From NCBI GenBank assembly GCA_945906455.1, contig CAMDRB010000001.1, positions 710-64,709 of the forward strand: a DNA stretch of 64,000 bases, in the 5' to 3' direction. This document shows, in pieces, positions 59,997 through 64,000 of the stretch (position 1 is its first letter; each line of letters opens with the position of its first letter). The notes under the pieces were generated by a model. It was not told the DNA's origin, did not search any database, and saw only the letters and a list, made by a program, of their open reading frames with translations. This stretch comes from Caenispirillum bisanense. GTDB taxonomy: Bacteria; Pseudomonadota; Alphaproteobacteria; Rhodospirillales; Rhodospirillaceae. The position numbers were made by a program, and so were the translations under genes.

Positions 59997-62708
59997 TTAG
60001 CAGGCCGGCGTAGGTCCGCCCAAGCCGCATGACCAGCCCTGCCACCACGTGTCGGAGGCACCGCTGACTGCGCCGATATAGTTCGCCGCCGAGAAGAACG
60101 TACCCAGCGTCGTCGGGTTCACCGCGGCGCGCGCCGTTTCGGTCGGACCGTTGATGAACGTGCTGGTGAGGGTATCCGGCGTCGCCGTGGAATTATTCGT
60201 ACCGGCATTGAAAACCGCCGCCACCTGTACGTCCGTCACGTTGGTATCGACGGTGAAGGCAATCGGGCAGTCCAAGAGGACCGAGTTGTGGACAAGGCCC
60301 GATAACAAAGTAGAGGCGTCGTCGATATCCAGGCACTGCGGCGACCCAATAACCACACCATTCACAAACGTCCCGCCGACTCCGACCCGCTCAAGAATTG
60401 CCGCCGTGTGGGGCGCATTGGGTTGCCCGACAAGAGTGAAATTCGAGAACTTCGGCGCCGTCAGCGGCAATTTCGCATGGTCGGTCGGCAGATTGTCGAG
60501 TTCGAGCATATGGTCGCCTTCATCGGCGGCCTGCACCACGAGCGCGAACTGCATGTTGCCGTTCCAGCCCGCGGACCAGTCGAGCGAGTCGTCGCTGGCG
60601 CCGGTGACGACGATGTGTTTGAGATTGACCGTGCCACCGAACCATTCGATGCCGTCGTCGGAGCTGTTGTGGCTTTGGAGGTAGTCGATCTCGGTGCCCG
60701 CACCGACGCCGGCAATGGTGAGGTTCTGGAGTTCGTTGTTAGGTGTGATTTCGATGCCGCCGTGCTTGATCTGCATATATTTCAAGCGGCCGCTGCTGTC
60801 GTTGGCTATTGCGCCGCCGAAGAAGGCGGTCGTGCCTTCTACCTGAGCTTCGCAGTTGGCGAGCCCGCCGGGTCCCGGGCAGGAGTTGATCGGAGCGCGA
60901 CCGAGCACTACGAGGCCGCCCCACAAGCCGCGGGCGGTTGCTGCCGCGGTGTTGTTGACGTCTTGAAGTGCGGTAAACGTCACCGGCGCCGTCGGCGTGC
61001 CGTTGGCGAAGATCTTCGAACCCCGGTTCACGACCATGAAATCCGAAGTTCCGCTGCCGAAGATCGTAACGCCGGCATCGATCGTCAGATTGGATGGATC
61101 GCCGCCGGTCTTGGTGCCGTCACCGCCGACATCGATGCCGATGTCGACGCGGCCGCCCAGCTGATAGAGATTTCCGGCCGTGAGGTTTAGATCGGCCGTG
61201 TAGACCCCGCGCACTTCACAACGATTCTGGCCGAGTAGGGTGCCGATGTTGGTGGTCCCGGTCGGGCAGGTCGGCGGCGCGAACAGGCTGACCGTCCAAC
61301 CGAAGGCCCAATTGTTGCTGGCGGTTTCGGTCGACGAAAAGGCCCCGACATAGGTGGTATTGTCGAAGAAGCCGCTCAAGGTCGAAGCGTTGAATGGCGT
61401 CCGCGACAATTCCTGCGGGCCCGGGAAGTATTGACCGGTAAGCGAGGTGGCGCCGACGACGTTGTTCGTGCCGCCGGTGAAGACCGTCGCCACTTGCGCA
61501 TCGGTGACGTTAGTATCGACGGTGTAGGTCACCGGGCAATCCAAGGTGACCGACCGGTAGGTAAGAGTCGTCAGCAATGTCGACGCGTCGTCGATGTCGA
61601 GACATTGCGGCGAGCCTTTGACGATTCCGTTCACCATCGTTCCACCAACGCCGACACGCTGCAGAATGCCTGCCGTGTGCGGCGCATTGGGTTGTCCGAT
61701 AAACGTGAAGTTTGCGACTGTCGGCGCCGTCAATGGCAATTTGGCGTTATCCGTCGGCAGGTTGTCGGCCTCGACCATGTGGTCGCCTTCGTCGGTGGCT
61801 TGAACCACCAGGGCGTATTGGATGCGGCCGACCCATCCGGAGGCCCAGTCCAGCGAGTCGTCGCTGGCGCCGGTGATAACGACGTGCTTGAGGTTAACCG
61901 TGCCGCCGAACCACTCGATTCCGTCATCGGAGCTGTTGTGACTCTGGATGTAGTCGATGGTGGTGCCGGCGCCGACGCCGGCGAGCGTCAGGTTTTGAAG
62001 TTCGTTATTGGGGGTGATTTCGATGCCGCCGTGCTTGATCTGAACATAGCGCAGGGTGCCCGAGCTATCGTTCGGTAGCGCGCCGCCAAAGAAGGCCGTG
62101 GTGCCTTCGACCTGGGCTTCGCAGTTCGCAAGGCCGCCCGGTCCAGGGCAGGAGTTGATGGGAGCGCGGCCCAACATCACAAGTCCACCCCACTGGCTGC
62201 GGGACGTGGCAGTTGCCTGGCCGAGAATGTCTTGGCGGCTGGTGAAGACGATCGGCAAGGTCGCTGTTCCGTCGGCGATGATGCGCGAGCCGCGATTGAC
62301 GACAATGAAGTCCGAAGTTCCCGCGCCGAAAACGCGCACGCCGGGCTGGACGGTCAGGGTCACGGACTGACCGCCGGTCTTGGTGCCATCACCACCGACG
62401 TCGGCGCCGACATCGATGCGGCCATTAAGTTGGTAAATGACGCCGCTGGTCAGTGTCAGGTTAGAAAGGAGCGTTCCCGAGAGGGCGCAGGTGGTATTGT
62501 TGCCGACCGATGTCACCGCAGTCGTGCCGGCCGGACATGTTCCGGTCTGGCCGCCGGTACCGCCCGTGCCGCCGCCGCCGGTACCGCCGCCGCCGGTGTC
62601 AACTTGGCTGGTCTCACCTGGAGAAGTTACGCTGGCATCACTGCACGCCGCGAGCGCCAGGGCGGCGCAGGCAGCCACGATGAATTTCTTTAGCGGCTTG
62701 TTGGTCAT
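59997..62708 (-). CDS. 903-aa lipoprotein made of two tandem ~420-aa modules (predicted beta-helix-like), function unknown
   Basis: Lipobox LALAAC|S followed by a Gly/Thr linker (GGGGTGGGGTGGTGG). Module 1 maps to about 61272-62540 and module 2 to about 60000-61271. They share long identical blocks: GRAPINSCPGPGGLANCEAQVEGTTAFFGGA, IKHGGIEITPNNELQNLT, QSHNSSDDGIEWFGGTVNLKH. The ATG at 62708 follows GAGGGG. Confidence 0.8.
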   Translation of the reverse strand: MTNKPLKKFIVAACAALALAACSDASVTSPGETSQVDTGGGGTGGGGTGGTGGQTGTCPAGTTAVTSVGNNTTCALSGTLLSNLTLTSGVIYQLNGRIDVGADVGGDGTKTGGQSVTLTVQPGVRVFGAGTSDFIVVNRGSRIIADGTATLPIVFTSRQDILGQATATSRSQWGGLVMLGRAPINSCPGPGGLANCEAQVEGTTAFFGGALPNDSSGTLRYVQIKHGGIEITPNNELQNLTLAGVGAGTTIDYIQSHNSSDDGIEWFGGTVNLKHVVITGASDDSLDWASGWVGRIQYALVVQATDEGDHMVEADNLPTDNAKLPLTAPTVANFTFIGQPNAPHTAGILQRVGVGGTMVNGIVKGSPQCLDIDDASTLLTTLTYRSVTLDCPVTYTVDTNVTDAQVATVFTGGTNNVVGATSLTGQYFPGPQELSRTPFNASTLSGFFDNTTYVGAFSSTETASNNWAFGWTVSLFAPPTCPTGTTNIGTLLGQNRCEVRGVYTADLNLTAGNLYQLGGRVDIGIDVGGDGTKTGGDPSNLTIDAGVTIFGSGTSDFMVVNRGSKIFANGTPTAPVTFTALQDVNNTAAATARGLWGGLVVLGRAPINSCPGPGGLANCEAQVEGTTAFFGGAIANDSSGRLKYMQIKHGGIEITPNNELQNLTIAGVGAGTEIDYLQSHNSSDDGIEWFGGTVNLKHIVVTGASDDSLDWSAGWNGNMQFALVVQAADEGDHMLELDNLPTDHAKLPLTAPKFSNFTLVGQPNAPHTAAILERVGVGGTFVNGVVIGSPQCLDIDDASTLLSGLVHNSVLLDCPIAFTVDTNVTDVQVAAVFNAGTNNSTATPDTLTSTFINGPTETARAAVNPTTLGTFFSAANYIGAVSGASDTWWQGWSCGLGGPTPAC

Positions 62709-63150
62709 GATACCCCTCACAGATTACGAACACACATCCCACCGCAGTGCAGCATCGGTTCAATGCGGCGGGGTGGAGGGGGACGTATACTGAATGTTCA
62801 GAGACTCATCCGTGTCAGCCACGTGACGAATAGATGACAATCCGGCCCGATCTTCGCCACGCGCGGCCTCTCGACCATGGGCTTTGGGGCGGATAAGCTC
62901 TGTTTTCGAATCATCGACCTCGGCAGCGAGGAACGCGGCGATGACTTTGCTTGCGGGATCTCATGCGGGACGGTCAGGCAACCGCCGTGCGTCACGGGGC
63001 CAGAGGCACCCCACAAAATTCCCAAGGTAACGCGCTGCTGATTCGTCAGAAAATGTCACTAAACATTCATATTTCTTACATAATTATTTCATTGTTACTT
63101 TGACTTGGAAGGATCATTATTTCTCCAGTCAGTTTTACGTGGAGGACGGA

Positions 63151-63537
63151 ATGAAAAAGATTCTTGCATCCTGCTTAGTCGTAGCAAGCTTCGTCGGCAC
63201 GTCAGCCGTTGCGCAGTCCGCTGCGGAAGCAAACACCCTCGCCTACCAGGCCATTCAGCAGGGCCAATGGACGGAAGCAGAAAAAACGCTTCGCGAGGGC
63301 CTCGTGCAAAATCCGAATGACCCGATGCGCTTGCTCAATCTCGCTTATGTGTTGCAAAGCACGGGACGTCAGGACGAAGCGGCGAGCATCTATGGAAAGG
63401 TCTTGCAGCTTGACCGCGACCCCCTTGTCGCCGTCGGTCCCGACTCAAAAGTCAGACCGGCGCGGGCGAAGATTCTCGCCAAGAAGGGCATGGCATCGCT
63501 CGAGAGCGGCAAACAGCCCGCTTCGGCTCAACGCTGA
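63151..63537 (+). CDS. Small secreted TPR-like protein, paralog 1
   Basis: 128 aa with signal peptide MKKILASCLVVASFVGTSAVA and one TPR-like helix pair (GQWTEAEKTLREGLVQNPNDPMRLLNLAYVLQSTGRQDEAASIYGKVLQLD). Confidence 0.65.
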   Translation: MKKILASCLVVASFVGTSAVAQSAAEANTLAYQAIQQGQWTEAEKTLREGLVQNPNDPMRLLNLAYVLQSTGRQDEAASIYGKVLQLDRDPLVAVGPDSKVRPARAKILAKKGMASLESGKQPASAQR

Positions 63538-63608
63538 TCCCAATCTCTCGTGAATATTGACGGCGAGAACGCGCATCGTTTGCCCATTTGATTTTTGGGA
63601 GATTGTCG

Positions 63609-63980
63609 ATGAAAAATATTCTCATGACGTCCGTTTTCGCGGCGGGCTTGATGAGCGTGCCGGCCTTTGCCAGCTCAACTGATGCCAGCGGCCCGGCCTA
63701 CGACGCTATTTTGAAGGGCCAGTGGGCCGAAGCCGAATCCATGCTGCGGCAGGGCCTCGCGCAAAATCCGCAGGACGCATCGCGCCTTCTGAATCTCGCT
63801 TTTGTTCTGCAAAACACCGGCCGCCAGGCCGAAGCGACTGGCGTGTATGAGAAGGTACTGCAGCTTAATAGCAATCCCGTGGTCGCCGTGGCCGACCCCT
63901 ACACCATCGCCGTGCATCCGACCCGCGCTAAGCACATTGCAAGAAAAGGCATGGCCACGCTGGAAAGCGCCAAGCGCTAA
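63609..63980 (+). CDS. Small secreted TPR-like protein, paralog 2
   Basis: 123 aa with signal peptide MKNILMTSVFAAGLMSVPAFA. It is roughly half identical, by eye, to the upstream paralog over the mature region. A GGGAGA RBS is present. Confidence 0.65.
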   Translation: MKNILMTSVFAAGLMSVPAFASSTDASGPAYDAILKGQWAEAESMLRQGLAQNPQDASRLLNLAFVLQNTGRQAEATGVYEKVLQLNSNPVVAVADPYTIAVHPTRAKHIARKGMATLESAKR

Positions 63981-64000
63981 GCTCAACCGGGGATGTTAGC

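Noticed and set aside
60151-62693. Multiple 150-260-aa plus-strand ORFs antisense to the large lipoprotein gene
   Set aside because: These are shadow ORFs of a GC-rich, internally repeated gene. They have no signal, RBS or motif support, and they are duplicated only because the sense gene is.
62798-63025. 75-aa minus-strand ORF upstream of the lipoprotein gene
   Set aside because: It has no RBS, no signal or TM segment and no recognisable motif, and its Pro/Ser/Arg-rich composition is typical of chance ORFs. It is treated as part of the untranslated leader.
62709-63100. Possible cobalamin or other riboswitch ahead of the lipoprotein-TBDR genes
   Set aside because: There is no B12 box (GCCACTG) or conserved AGGGAA..GGTG..CC core in proper arrangement, only a weak chance resemblance (GGGAATTTTGTGG). 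Kept only as an unexplained long leader.
45495-64000. T2SS/TBDR region as a horizontally acquired genomic island or mobile element
   Set aside because: No integrase, transposase, flanking tRNA or direct repeats are visible. By eye, codon usage and GC look like the rest of the window, apart from the short AT-rich promoter region near 63.1 kb. Acquisition cannot be excluded without compositional statistics.

Overview
High-GC chromosomal segment, most likely from an alphaproteobacterium. Supporting markers are a permuted two-piece tmRNA, alpha-type SspB, HdaA, hflKC-degP, tandem DUF1849/EipB-like genes and an xseB-ispA-dxs-tlyA block. About 1-45.5 kb is mostly housekeeping: RNase P RNA, AmpD-like amidase, acyl-CoA dehydrogenase, AsmA, two fumarases, ssrA+sspB, thyA/folA, apbC, holC, ndk, purN/purM-like, hdaA, ppk1-ppx, rnd, aspS, and an arsR-arsC-aqpS arsenic cassette. 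From about 45.6 kb to the right edge the content looks accessory. A complete type II secretion operon (gspC-N) runs on the minus strand. It is preceded on the same strand by a TonB-dependent receptor and a 903-aa internally duplicated lipoprotein of unknown function, and followed by an orphan lipoprotein. Two small secreted TPR-like paralogs lie divergently upstream. That 17-kb co-directional lipoprotein/TBDR/T2SS block is the best candidate here for an undescribed secretion-plus-uptake system. Other notable points are two genes with single in-frame stop codons at conserved positions (a GGDEF cyclase and the C-terminal beta-signal of the TBDR), a large secreted trypsin-like protease with a duplicated C-terminal domain, a tandem duplication over the rnpB promoter, and two families of small structured intergenic repeats. 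I saw no CRISPR array, tRNA, rRNA, transposase or integrase. All calls come from reading the sequence and the ORF translations by eye. No database search was run, and start codons are often uncertain.
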